From: Lytechinus pictus
Lineage: Eukaryota
DNA length: 64,000 bases
Direction: 5' to 3'
NCBI RefSeq assembly: GCF_037042905.1
Contig: NC_087245.1
Location: forward strand, 7,690,001-7,754,000
A program made the position numbers and the translations under genes. The notes below the pieces were generated by a model. It searched no databases and was not told the DNA's origin. It saw only the letters and a list, made by a program, of their open reading frames with translations. Shown here one piece after another: positions 1-12,031 of the stretch. Within the stretch, counting starts at the first letter, position 1, and each line of letters begins with the position of its first letter.

Positions 1-343
1 GTGTAATCAGAGTACGAATGGTTTCGGGTCACCTCGCCCTGCATAAAATTGACATACTTCACATCGCCATCCATTGTTGCATTCCAACTAGGCTCTGAAC
101 CGACCCACTGTCCCTCACTTTAAATTGACAATTTAAATATATAATATAATTTGGGAAAGATTTTTCGAACCTATAACATGTGAAGGGATTTTTTTGCAGA
201 CACTGATATCTTCTTTAAAATCTTCCCTGATATTGATGAAATTCTGCGATTTGGGGAGCGAAAGTTCTAAACTGCATATTTTGAATTGGACGTGTGTACC
301 GAAACTACAGACTACAGATTTTGGAGCTCCACATAAAACAATC

Positions 344-530
344 ATGGCTGCTGACATGGCTGAGTTTGACGAATTGCAAGCTCCTGCTACCGAAAACCCT
401 CCCCCTGCCACAGAGGAAGATCCAGCAGCAGCATTTCTGGCTAGAGAACAGGATCAGCTTGCAGGAATTGAAGATGATGACTTTGGAATTGGTTCAGAAC
501 CCGCACAAACCGAAGCCGTCCCCGTTACCG
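344..530 (+). CDS. Clc: Clathrin light chain, coding exon 1
   Basis: ATG at 344; MAADMAEFDEL...EEDPAAAFLAREQDQLAGIEDD matches the conserved N-terminal clathrin light chain segment; donor G|GTAATG at 531 (phase 1). Confidence 0.95.
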
Positions 531-589
531 GTAATGTATCATTACTACATTAGACAAGTCATTACGGTACTGCCAGTATAATCTAGTAT

Positions 590-1290
590 TAGGGTGTCTG
601 GAGAAAAAAATTATTTTTCTTATTTCAAGAAAATATCACATTTTCTTTGTGAATTTGAAGAGAAATGACCTTCAGACTGACAGAAATGTAACATTTTTGA
701 AAAAAATCCAATTATTGGCTGCAAAAAAGAAGAATGAAATTAGGTAAATTTTCAGCATTTCTCTGCCATAGGCATAGATGATAGACTGTGTAGGCCTAGT
801 TAAGAAATGGACACACACAAATCCAAATTTTTAGCTTCTGAGAGCTGTTATAAATTTATTATTAATGCCAAAAACTTGTCCATAAAGAGTCGAATAGGAT
901 TTTTTATGCTCTATCTGATGGTATGATTTTTATAAAGATTTGGAAACAAGATCACAATGAAAAATTGCGACAAAGTGAAAAAAATTGTGCAAAACAGAAA
1001 TTTCATTTTCCCATAGAAGACGCATGGAGAAATGGCAATTTCAACACACACAAAAATAAGGGTTTGCAATTTATCTCTAAATCCTTATTTAAAATGATCA
1101 TATAAACTTGTCCTTACTGTCAAAAGAAGCCCCTGAATTTTCTCTTTCCATACATGCCAAACACAAGTTAATAATTAATTCAGATCACATTTTTCTAGTA
1201 GCCTGAACTTCCCCTAAAAAATGTGCCATATTTTCCCCTAAATTAGCCTGTTTTATGCTGACACTTTTCAGTGTGGCTTCAGACACCCTA
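590..1290. mobile_element. Non-autonomous DNA transposon (hAT-like termini, 7-bp TSD)
   Basis: TIR TAGGGTGTCTG (590-600) / CAGACACCCTA (1280-1290); CTAGTAT on both flanks (583-589, 1291-1297). Confidence 0.75.
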
Positions 1291-1984
1291 CTAGTATAGG
1301 CCTATACCGTACGGTACTCCTCGTAGACAGTATAAATAGTATACAAATAATGCATGCAGCCGAGTGCGTTAGTGGAAATGCAGAGCACGCGAGGTTTCTT
1401 TAGATAGGTGCCGCACTGTGTAGCCAGGCGGCTTCTTGAGAGTAAAAATCAAATTATAGAGAGTGATTGTATTAGTTACCGACCGGCCTAAGTTGTAGTT
1501 GTATTACCGAACATGCGCATCGTAGCTAGGGACGTACTCACGTAGCGTCAGAAAATGCTCAAAACTTTGCAGCATTCTTCCAAGGGGAACTTGAATAGAA
1601 AGATGATGAAAAATGGTCAAAAACACATTTTCAAAGTATTAATATTCTAAAAATAATAAAATACGATAAAAATGGCTCATCAGTAATTTTGTTGTTTTCT
1701 CAACTTTTCCCATAGAAAACACACGTTCGGTAATACAATACTTTTTTCAAGTGACCAAAATATTTCACATGCGAAGAGGGGTCCGATTGGAAGCTAATTT
1801 CGTAAAAAGGAAAAACGATTTCTGCAAAATTTTTACATGTTTATATTTTCTAGGTAATTGTGTATTTATGGTGAAAGTTTGGTGAATTTTATGAGAATAA
1901 TGTGTTTGATATGATTGAATTCATGAAAAGTGTTCGGTAATACGATCCACTACCATACTAACGTAGGTTTACTCTAAATGAAGC

Positions 1985-2240
1985 CAGGGAGTCCTATTCA
2001 TCTGCGTGTACCGCAAAAACCCTGAAACTTTTGCCCCCGAGATTTCTACTTTCCTTCTAAAACATCTAGCCATAAATCATGTACCCCTGTACATGGGATA
2101 AAACTTCATTTCCGACATTTCTACGCTCTCGTTGTTATTTTTAAACAAGAATTCATCAAAAAAATGAAAAAATATTGTGAAAAGACGGAAGAGACTTGCC
2201 CGATGTTTACGCCGCCATCTTGTTCTTATTTTACTTCCCC
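1985..2240 (+). repeat. Dispersed repeat, second copy at ~15080-15330
   Basis: Shared ATTCATCTGCGTGTAC...AAAAACCCTGAA...TTCTACTTTCCTTCTAAAA...AAACAAGAATTCAT blocks in both places. Confidence 0.7.
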
Positions 2241-2599
2241 AACGCTACTCATTTATTATTAATATTGAGCATGCATCATTCACATAATTCGAGCTTGACA
2301 TGGCCTGACAATCATTTGAATAAAAAATAGTAATAGTACGGACCTCCCTCATCACTGATGTCAAAAAACGGGCCGAGAAAATGCATCCTTGTTGTAGTGT
2401 CCATATTTCCTAAAAATTGGGGGTAGCTCTGTCATTTGTAAGCAGTAAAAGGAGAAATTTTCACTTCTGTTATGCTTAAAAAAGATCGGGTTTCGAATGA
2501 TCGTCTGTATCGCACACACTGAAATACATTGTTTGTGTGTATGTTGATAAACGTGGTTTCTTTCGTAACTATTTTTTTTAGCCAAGGAAATTGATAAAT

Positions 2600-3713
2600 T
2601 TTCTTCTTTATTTATGACTGGATAGTTTGAGCTTTCTTCCTCTCTATTTTCTTTCTTTCTGCCTATCTTTCCTTCTTTTGAATCTCTTTCTATTTCTTTA
2701 AATTTCCTTCCTTTTGTTCATTTTTTCTGTTACTATAGCTGTCTTTCTTTTTGTCATTCATTTTTTTTTGTTCTTTCTTCCTTCCATCCAACCTTTGTTT
2801 ACCTATTTCTTTAATCCTTCCTTCTTTTTCCCCTTCCTTTCCTTCTTTCTTACTGTCTTCCTTCGGTCCATCAATTCTTTACCTTTTCTTCCTTACTTTC
2901 TTCATCCCTTTCATTCTTTCTTTATTTCTTTCCTTCATTCCTTCCTTTCTTTTTGTCTTTCATTCTTTCTTTCTCCTTTCTTTCTTTCTTTCTGTTTTTC
3001 TTTATTTCTGTCTTTCGTTCTTTTGATCTTTCTTTTTTTCCATCCATCCTTTCTTTTCTTCCTTATTTTTTCTTTCTTCCTTCACTTCTTTCTGTCTTTC
3101 GTTCTATCTTTTTTTCCTTCCTTCCATCTATCCTTATACCTTTCCTTTTTTCTTATCTTCCTTCTTTCCTTTCTCTCGTTTTCTTTCTCTTTTCCTTCCT
3201 TCCATCAATCCTTTACCTTTTATTTTTCTCTTTTCTTTCTTCCTTTTCACCTTTTTTCTTTCTTTTTCTTTTTTTATTCGTTCCTTTCTTTCTTTCCTTT
3301 CTCTTCCCCTCAGTTTTTTTTCTATTTTTTTTCTTTCCTTCCTTCCTTCTTTCTTTCTGATTTTCTTTTTTTTGTCTTTTGTTCTTTTGATCTTTCTTTT
3401 TTTTTTCATCCATCCTTTCTTTTCTTCCTTATTTTTTCTTTCTGCCTTCCTTCATCTCTTACCTTCATTTCTTTCTGTCTTTCGTTGTATCTATCTTTTC
3501 TTTTTTTTTCTTTTTTCCTTCCTTCCTTATACCTTTTCTTTCTTCATGTTTTCCTTCTTTACTTTCTCTCGTTTCCTTCCTTTCTGTTTACCTTTTTTCT
3601 TTCTTTTTTTTCCTTTTATTCATTCCTTTCTTTCCTTCCTTTCTCTTCCTCTCATTTTTTTTCCTATTTTTTTCTTTCTTTTTTCTTTCCATCCTCCTTT
3701 TCCTTCTTTCTTC

Positions 3714-3748
<35 letters not shown>

Positions 3749-3925
3749 TTTATCTTTCTCTTCCCAGCAGCCATTCTCTCTTTCTTTCTTTATTTCTTAT
3801 TATTCTTTCTTCCTTTATTTCTTCGTCCTTTCTGTCTTTCTTCTTACTTTTTTTTCTTTCATTCTCTCCTCTCTTTTTTTTTTCTCTGGTTATTTTCAGT
3901 GATTTCCCCTTTTTTATTGTGTGTC
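2600..3925. repeat. TC-rich low-complexity tract (related tract at ~9650-10035; GA-rich tract at ~42700-42960)
   Basis: Degenerate (TTTC/TTCC)n; both TC tracts end with TATTTTCAGTGATT(T)CCC(C)TTTTTT. Confidence 0.9.
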
Positions 3926-4246
3926 CTAGTCCCCTCCAAAATATATGGAAAATATATGAGATTAGGAAATTAATTGAAGAGCATATTTACCTTATATTTT
4001 GTCATGATGTTCAAGATAAAAATCAGAAAAAAAAGAAATACAACTACAGGGTACATCAGTAGTCATGTTGAAAAATTTATTTTTAAAGCCGTCAATGGTA
4101 TGGTATGTAAAACTATAAGGCTATAACTTGTTTTGAAGGATTTTTTCGGGCAAGTGAAATCTACATTCGGGCAAGTATTTTCCAACTATTTGAAAATTTA
4201 CTTGCCCGACTGGGCAAGTGCTTCAAAAAAGTTATGTAGCACCCTG

Positions 4247-7138
4247 GTGTAAGCAAGTAATAAATCTAACAATCTTGTTTTGAATAATTATAAACTTTTT
4301 TTGATCAACCTTTCCAAGACTGCAGTACCATGCTGCATTAGCATAATCAAATAAACACTGTATTAATGAAAAGCTTAAAATGCGTCTGGATTTCGTATTC
4401 ATGCAATTTTGGTACCGGTATAGAAATTTCAAGCGAGCATTAGCTTTTTTGACAATAGAGTCAACCATAGATGTACATGAGAGATCACTATTTAATATCA
4501 GGCCTAAATACTTCACGGAATTCTGTCTCTTAATTAATTGATTGTTATAGTATATATTGAAATCATCTGTATGCTTAGACATGCCCCGCGAACAAAACAA
4601 AATACTTTCAGTCTTACCAACAAGCTAAGCTTATTATCTGTCATCCATTTAACACAATTTGATAATTCTAACTTAAGCTAAGTTTTTCACCGATCAGCTT
4701 AGGACTTGTATCAGAATAGAGTAAAACACTGTCGTCTGCATATAAAAGTAATTTACTTTCATTAACACAAATACACATATCATTGATATAGCACATAAAA
4801 AGAATGGGACCTAATATGCTCCCCTGTGGAACTCCACACTTTATAGGCATAGAATATGAAAGTACATTTTGCATGGATACCACTTGACGGCGATTGGTCA
4901 AGTAAGACCTAAACCAATTCAAGAATGCTGAATTCAAACCCATCACTTCTAATTTCTTTAAGAGTATTTCATGATTAACCGTATCGAATGCTTTTTGTAA
5001 GTCAAGAAGAACCATCCCAACATAACGGCCTTCGGAAATTTAATTCCTGACAAAATCCAACAAGTGAATTAAACATGTTTCAGTAGAATAACCATTCCTA
5101 AAACCAGACTGAAATTCATAAATGATTTTGTATTCTTTAAAGTATTTCTCAATTTGAGAATACACGCATTTCTCCAAAATATTCGACACTATGCTTAACA
5201 CACTAATAGGTCTATAATTCCCAACATGAGTTTTGTCTTTTTTTGTGTGTAGTGGTGTGACTTTAGTGATTTTCATTTCATCAGGGAAGGTACAAGTTGA
5301 AATAGATAGGTTAATAATGTAAGTTAAAGGTATAAAGACGTTTTTTGCACCATCCTTTAAAAATCTAGCAGGAACCAGGTCAAGTCCGGTACTTTTTGAT
5401 ATTTTCAACTTGGATAATTCATCAAATACAAACTTTTCTGTGACAGGAGAAAAATTAAAACAGCCTCTTTGTATACCTTTATTGTCATATAGTTTTTTGT
5501 CTCACCTGCATAGCAGAGTGAGACTATAGGCGCCGCTTTTCCGACGGCGGCGGCGGCGGCGTCAACACCAAATCTTAACCGAAGGTTAAGTTTTTGAAAT
5601 GACAGCATAACTTAGAAAGTATATGGACCTAGTTCATGAAACTTGGCCATAAGGTTAATCAAGTATCACTGAACATCCTGTGCGCATTTTAGGTCACATG
5701 ACCAAGGTCAAAGGTCAATGAACTTTGGCCATAATGGGGGTATATGTTGAATTACCATCATTACTTTGAAAGTTTATGGATCAGACTCGTGAAACTTGGA
5801 CATAAGAGTAATCATGTATCACTGAACATCCTGTGCGAGTTTCAGGTCACATGATCAAGGTCAAAGGTCATGTAAGGTCAATGAACTTTGGCCACCTTGG
5901 GGGTATTTGTTGAATTACCATTGTATCTCTGTAAGTGTATTGGTCTAGTTCATAAAACATGGACATAAGAGTAACCAAGTATCACTGAACATCTTGTGCG
6001 AGTTATAGTAGTTTTCAAAGTCAGCACTGCTGCTATATTGAATCGTGTGATGCAGGTGAGACCGCCAGAGGCATTCCACTTGTTTAAATTAGGACTGTCG
6101 GCCCCAAACTCACTTCTGTCCGTAATGGGGAGCTCACAAGCTAATTCATCGGCCACTGTTGTGAAATAATTGTTAAATTCATTGGCTATCTTTAGATTAT
6201 CATGACATAGTTCCCCTTTAATATTAATAACACTTTTCTGAATATTTTTTTGTTTGTTTTTTAAACCTAACTCTTTGAGATTCTTCCATAATTTCCTAGA
6301 ATCATGTTTATTGTCTTCAATTTGATTTTGGAAAAATTCGTCTTTAGCTTTCCTCACTTTCCTTTGTACCACATTTCGCAATAGTTTAAATTTCCTTTCG
6401 AGTTCTAAATTACCAATATCCTTTTTCATTTTCCTGAAAGCTATATTTCGTTGTCTTATCAAACCAATAATTTCACTGTTCATCCATCTTTCTGTTCTTT
6501 GCTTAATTCTTACTTGTTTTAAAGGTGCACACTTATCAACTACTGACATGAAAATACTTTTGAAGTGTGACCAAGCAATATTTACTTCATTACATTAAAA
6601 TATAACAGACCAATTGATTTGAGATAAAACGAAATTAAGATCATTTTCACAATGGTTTTTCATACATCGAATGCTTATAGTTCTATGCTGCCCGAATACA
6701 GGCCTGATAAGTTTCCTTGAACAATACGTTAAAAAGTGATCACTTAAGCCAATTTCAAAAACACCACTTTGACAAATATTTTCTTCTTTACTACAAATTA
6801 CATGGTCTATTAATGAAGAAGTGGTACATGTAGGTGTAGTTCGGGTGGGTTTTGTTATAAGTTGGCTCAAACCATATAAATTCAAAATATTCTTGTATCT
6901 TTTGGTCAGTGCTGATCGTTGTAATAGACAAATATTCATGTCCCCTAAAAGTATAACCTCGTCATCTTTTGTTAATATGTCCAATATATCAGGGAGAGAA
7001 TCAATAAAGTGATTGTCTCTCGGGGTCTGTATACTACACCTAAAGTAATAGGCTTTGTATGTGGTAATAGAATGTCGATCCACAATGATTCAATACCATC
7101 AGGTGTAAGATCTTCTCTTAGATTAAATGCAATATAAT
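4247..7138 (-). pseudogene. Decayed non-LTR retrotransposon ORF2 (CR1/L2-type; AP endonuclease + RT), frameshifted and interrupted by an insertion at 5493-6084
   Basis: Collinear minus-strand fragments carry LGDMN, LIDH, SDH (endonuclease) and NYRPISVL, FQSGFR, DLQKAFDTVNH, GVPQGSILGP, LYADD, KYLG (RT). Confidence 0.93.
5493..6084 (+). mobile_element. Helentron-type non-autonomous element (HINE/DINE-1-like), family A
   Basis: Subterminal IR GTCTCACCTGCAT / ATGCAGGTGAGAC, 5' hairpin, (GGC)n microsatellite, internal tandem repeats and 3' CTTGTT end; inserted in a T-run with no TSD. Removing it rejoins the LINE sequence. Confidence 0.8.
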
Positions 7139-8243
7139 TTTTGTCTCGCCTGCGTAGCGGAGCGAGACATAGGTATCACTATTTCCGGTGTCGGCGTCGT
7201 CGTCGTCAACAATTGTGTTGTACACCAAATAACTTTCTAAAGCTTTGAGGTGGGATCACCAAATTCATACCAGAGGTCCATCTCCTGAAGGCACAGGTCA
7301 AGTTGGAATATGAGTCAAATTGGAATAAGGTCAAAGGTCAATGAACTTTCCATGACTGGCACTGTGCTGTGTTGTACACATAATAACTTTCTATATCTTC
7401 GAGGTGGGATCACCAAATTCATACCAGAGGTCCATCTCCTGAAGGCACAGGTCAAGTTCGAATATGAGTCAAATTGGAATAAGGTCAAAGGTCAATGAAC
7501 TTTCCATGACTGGCACTGTGCTGTGTTGTACACATAATAACTTTCTATATCTTCGAGGTGGGATCACCAAATTCATACCAGAGGTCCATCTCCTGAAGGC
7601 ACAGGTCAAGTTCGAATATGAGTCGAATTTGAATAAGGTCAAAGGTCAATGAACTTTCCATGACTGGCACTGTGCTGTGTTGTACACACAATAACTTTCT
7701 ATAGCTTCGAGGTGAGATCGCCAAATTCATAACAGACGTCTATCTCTTGAAGGTACAGGTCAAGTTCGAATATGAGTCGAATTTGAATAAGGTCAAAGGT
7801 ACCATTTATTAGGAAATTCAGAGAGGAATCCAAAACATGCATCAAATAATGTATTGGAGCGGTTTATAAGGTCATGACCTTTGACCTTTACTTTGACCTT
7901 GAGTTTGACCCCCGGACAAATAATTTTTTAACTTGATTTTCGTGTATGATAATTATTAGTATGATATTGACAAAATATGTTAAAATCAATGATGATATTT
8001 TATTTCGTCACCTTTTAAAACTATTCCAAAGATACCATGAAATTTCACTCTAGTCCTACATACTGATATTCATGTTAGTAAAGTGTTTACCAGTTACATG
8101 ATTTCTTCCAATCTTAAGTTACAGTATGTATGCACATGAAAAGAAATTAAGCTCATCAGTTCACAAATGAAACATTAAACATTTATGCTCATGAATAGGT
8201 ATCTGTTTACATGTAGGCATTTTGATGTTCAGCAATATATATC

Positions 8244-8292
<49 letters not shown>

Positions 8293-9650
8293 TCTTGTTA
8301 GTAAATAGGCATATACTCAACAATTTGATGATAAAAGTAAACACTTTACTAACAAGAATATATATATATTGCTGAACATCAAAATGCCTAAACAGATACC
8401 TATTCATGAGCATAAATGTTTAAATTCTATATGTTTATTTCTATAGCTTCGAGGTGGGATCACCAAATTCATACCAGAGGTCCATCTCCTGAAGGCACAG
8501 GTCAAGTTCGAATATGAGTCAAATTGGAATAAGGTCAAAGGTCAATGAACTTTCCATGACTGGCACTGTGCTGTGTTGTACACATAATAACTTTCTATAT
8601 CTTCGAGGTGAGATCACCAAATTCATACCAGAGGTCCATCTCCTGAAGGCACAGGTCAAGTTCGAATATGAGTCGAATTTGAATAAGGTCAAAGGTCAAT
8701 GAACTTTCCATGACTGGCACTGTGCTGTGTTGTACACATACTAACTTTCTATATCTTAGAGGTGGGATCACCAAATTCATACCAGAGGTCCATCTCCTGA
8801 AGGCGCAGGTCAAGTTTGAATATGAGTCGAATTTGAATAAGGCCAAAGGTCAATGAACTTTCCATGACTGGCACTGTGCTGTGTTGTACACACAATAACT
8901 TTCTATAGCTTCGAGGTGAGATCGCCAAATTCATAACAGACGTCCATCTCTTGAAGGTACAGGTCAAGTTCGAATATGAGTCGAAATTGAATAAGGTCAA
9001 AGGTCAATGAACTTTCCATGACTGGCACTGTGCTGTGTTGTACACACAATAACTTTCTATAGCTTCGAGGTGAGATCGCCAAATTCATAACAGAGGTCCA
9101 TCTCTTGAATGTGCAGGCCAAGTTCAAATGTGTGCCGAATTTGAATAAGGTCAAAGGTCAATGAACTTTCCATGACTGGCACTGCTGTGCTGTACACACA
9201 ATAACTTTCTATATCTTCGAGTTAGGATAGCCAAATTCATACAAGAGGTCCATCTTTTGAAGGTGCAGGTCAAGTTCAAATGTGAGTTGAATTTGATTAA
9301 GGTCAAAGGTCAATGAACTTTCCATGACTGGCACTGTGCTTTGTTGTACACATAATAACTTTTTATATCTTCGAGGTAGGATTGCCAAATTCAAACAAGA
9401 GGTCCATCTCTTGAAGGTGCAGGTCAAGTTCGAATGTGAGTTGAATTTGATTAAGGTCAAAGGTCAATGAACTTTTCATGACTGGCACTGCTGTGTTGTA
9501 CACACAATAACTTTCTATAGCTTCGAGGGTGGATCGCCAAACTCGTAACAGAGGTCCATCTAAGTCATATAGCATACATGTAGTTTTGACATGCAGTCTC
9601 TTCATGACTGCAATATGCAGGCGAGACAACGCTTGGCGTTTGCCTTGTTT
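7139..9650 (+). mobile_element. Helentron-type non-autonomous element, family B, with a 154-bp tandem array (interrupted at ~7800-8440)
   Basis: Subterminal IR GTCTCGCCTGC / GCAGGCGAGAC, (GTC)n, 154-bp units (7310 vs 7464), 3' hairpin AACGC-TTG-GCGTT then CTTGTT. Confidence 0.82.
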
Positions 9651-10295
9651 ATTCTTTCCTTGCTCTCTTTCATCCTTTATTTCATTCTTTTTCCTTTTTT
9701 GCTATTCCCTTCCTTCCTTTCTCCCTCCCTTCCTGTTTTCTTCTTTCTTTTTGTCAAGGAATAAAAAAAAAAAAGTCTTTCCTTCATTCATCCTCCATGT
9801 TTTTTCTTTTCCTTTTTTTCGTTCAAACATTCATTCATCATCCCTTCCTTTCTTTTTCTTTCCTTTTTTCTGTTTTATTTATTTCAAAGAATGAAGGAAA
9901 CCTTTCTTCTTTCCTTTATTATTTCTTTCATCCTTTTATTCTAACTTTCTTTCTTTTTTCCTTCATTTTCTTTAATTCATTTTTTCTTTCTTTCTTCTTT
10001 TATAATTATTTTCAGTGATTCCCTTTTTTTATTTTGTGCCACGGTTCGGTCGTTTCGCTTTGTTATATTTTACAAAATACTTTTTTTTTAATCAAAATAC
10101 TGTTTTTTTTCCTCTCAGAATACTGTTTTTGCTTTTTGGAGGTTGGCATCTCTGATGCCTGCGTGTTCTGCTGCATGATGGGGGCCGGTGGCACAGGCGA
10201 AAGTCATGAAAGTGATTGATTGAGTCAGGGGAGCGGGGATTGCCAGGAGCCATTAATCTCCAGGAGCATCCTGGCTAAGGGGGGGGGGGGCAGAC

Positions 10296-10513
10296 CACTC
10301 ACACGTATTGCGAGGTTAGTATACTAACCTGGGGCACCCAAAGGTTCATTACATGCCGCCGTCACAGAAAAATCAAGCCATAGAAGTCGTGTGTTGTGGA
10401 CACAAGAAGTGGGATCCCAGCACTCGCTACCCACTAGTTAGAAATCCACTGCCAAACGCGGTTCATGGTGCGAGGTTAGTATACTAATACTAACCTCGCA
10501 ATATGTGTGAGTG
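10296..10513. mobile_element. Small MITE with CAC termini
   Basis: 27-bp TIR CACTCACAC(G/A)TATTGCGAGGTTAGTAT with one mismatch; no clean TSD. Confidence 0.6.
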
Positions 10514-10930
10514 AACCTGGGGGCAGGCAATGTTGCTGTACACATGTGTGACCAAAAAACGTGTTTGAACTTGAACTTTTTTGAAGGGGTGTTTTTTTTA
10601 GTTTCGGACGTGTGCCGTGCTTGCGCTCATTAAGCCTTAGGGTATCAAAAACACGGCCATATCGTGATTGCTGACTCCAGATCCAGAGTCATAAAGTATA
10701 CAGTACCTGAATTTCGCTAAGCACTACCACGACTTGTTGATTTTCAATAGATGATGCGAGAAATTCAGCTAGCTCTCTCATTGGACAAAACTCTTGCACA
10801 TGGGACAATTTCTGCGTTGACATGACATTGCACAGCAACTTAACTCATCATCACACTCCCCCCAATCATAATGGATCATTCTAGATGATATCATATCACA
10901 CACAGTCACACACATTAATTTTCAACGTCC

Positions 10931-11091
10931 TATTTATCTTCCTTTTTGACTCCAGCGCGTGTTATCGCGTTGTCAAAACCCATTGACGGAGCCAAAAAGG
11001 AGGATAAAACCTAGAATCTTATCTTTTTTGCTCCGTCTATGGGTTTTGGCCACGCGATAACACGCGCTGGAGTAAAAAAGGAAGATGAATA
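10931..11091. repeat. Long imperfect palindrome (~70-bp arms), followed by a ~157-bp tandem duplication at ~11110-11440
   Basis: ACTCCAGCGCGTGTTATCGCGT...GACGGAGC is mirrored by GCTCCGTC...ACGCGATAACACGCGCTGGAGT. Confidence 0.85.
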
Positions 11092-11706
11092 ATAAGCTTG
11101 TTGAAATTGTATTGGATGGATAACTAACTGTCTAAAAGTGGCAGAGTGGTTTTGAAGAGAAGGGAAAAGAGAAGTTGATGGATATACAGGTTGATTACCG
11201 TGCGTAATTTCGTCGGAAAAGTGGAGTAAAAAAGAACGCTAAAGATATAGACAGTTTGAATTGATTTATTTAGTGGATATCCTACTGTCTAAAAGTGGCA
11301 GAGTGGTTTTGAAGAGAAGGAAAAAGAGGGGTTGATGGAATATACAGGTTAATTACCGTGCGTAATTTCGTTGGAAAAGTAGAGTAAAAAAGAACGATAA
11401 ATATATAGATAGTTGATACTGTGACTTATTTGTGGATAGTAAAAAGTTGAAGAGTGAAGAGGAGACAAACGATGGGTTACTTAATAAATGACAGTGAAAT
11501 TTCTTTGAAAACAGTGAAGTAAAAAAATGTAAACTTAATTATCTCTGACTAAATGAAATGTAAGATTGATATATGACAGTTATTTCATAATTATATATTT
11601 TTTTCCTTTGTAACATATAAGAGATTGTTAGTAGGTTAACAAAATTTGTGGCACTGACTAAATAAATTGGTCGATCATTTTATTCAGATTTCGTCAGTTA
11701 AGTCAT

Positions 11707-11877
11707 GTGTGTGTATTTGAGTTTTGTCAGACGTGTATCAATCAGATATGATTATTTACGTCTGGGACCGACCTTTAACGTCACCATCCGATAGACGTGA
11801 CCAGGGCTCGAACCTCTGCATCAATTTGTAACTTCCCCACATAGCTTGGATTACAGGCGCACGCCACAACGCCCAGT
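11707..11877 (-). mobile_element. SINE-like retroposon with a 7SL RNA-derived head, B box, Deu/Nin-like body and (CA)n tail
   Basis: Minus strand reads ACTGGGCGTTGTGGCGTGCGCCTGTAATCCAAGCTA...GGTTCGAGCCC...CGGATGGTGACGTTAAAGGTCGGTCCC...ACACACAC; imperfect flanking direct repeat GTCAGT(TA/C)AGTCATG. Confidence 0.7.
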
Positions 11878-12031
11878 TTAGTCAGTCAGTCATGAGAGGC
11901 CTTTATAGATTCCCACTTGGCTGACAAAATAAGAAAGAACTTTGAATTGGGAAGATCATCAATCTGATTGTCGACCACTGACTAAATGAATTTAGGACGA
12001 TTTTAATTCTATCAACTTTCAAAAGACAGAT

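Noticed and set aside
194..343. Upstream extension of Clc exon 1 from the TTG at 194
   Set aside because: Non-ATG start with no clathrin similarity; ATG 344 (or 356) fits.
1490..1960. Inverted GTATTACCGAACA motifs as a MITE
   Set aside because: Probably a transposon remnant, but termini and TSD could not be defined.
2714..3973. 419-aa Phe/Ser/Leu-rich ORF and overlapping ORFs
   Set aside because: Artefact of a stop-poor TC-rich low-complexity tract; no domain signal.
7310..9629. Repeated 62-88-aa ORFs
   Set aside because: Translations of the 154-bp tandem monomer.
11707..11877. Functional SRP (7SL) RNA gene or human Alu contamination
   Set aside because: Similarity stops after the 5' Alu domain; there is no S domain, no Alu dimer or poly-A tail, and it is embedded in local repeat sequence with a flanking duplication.
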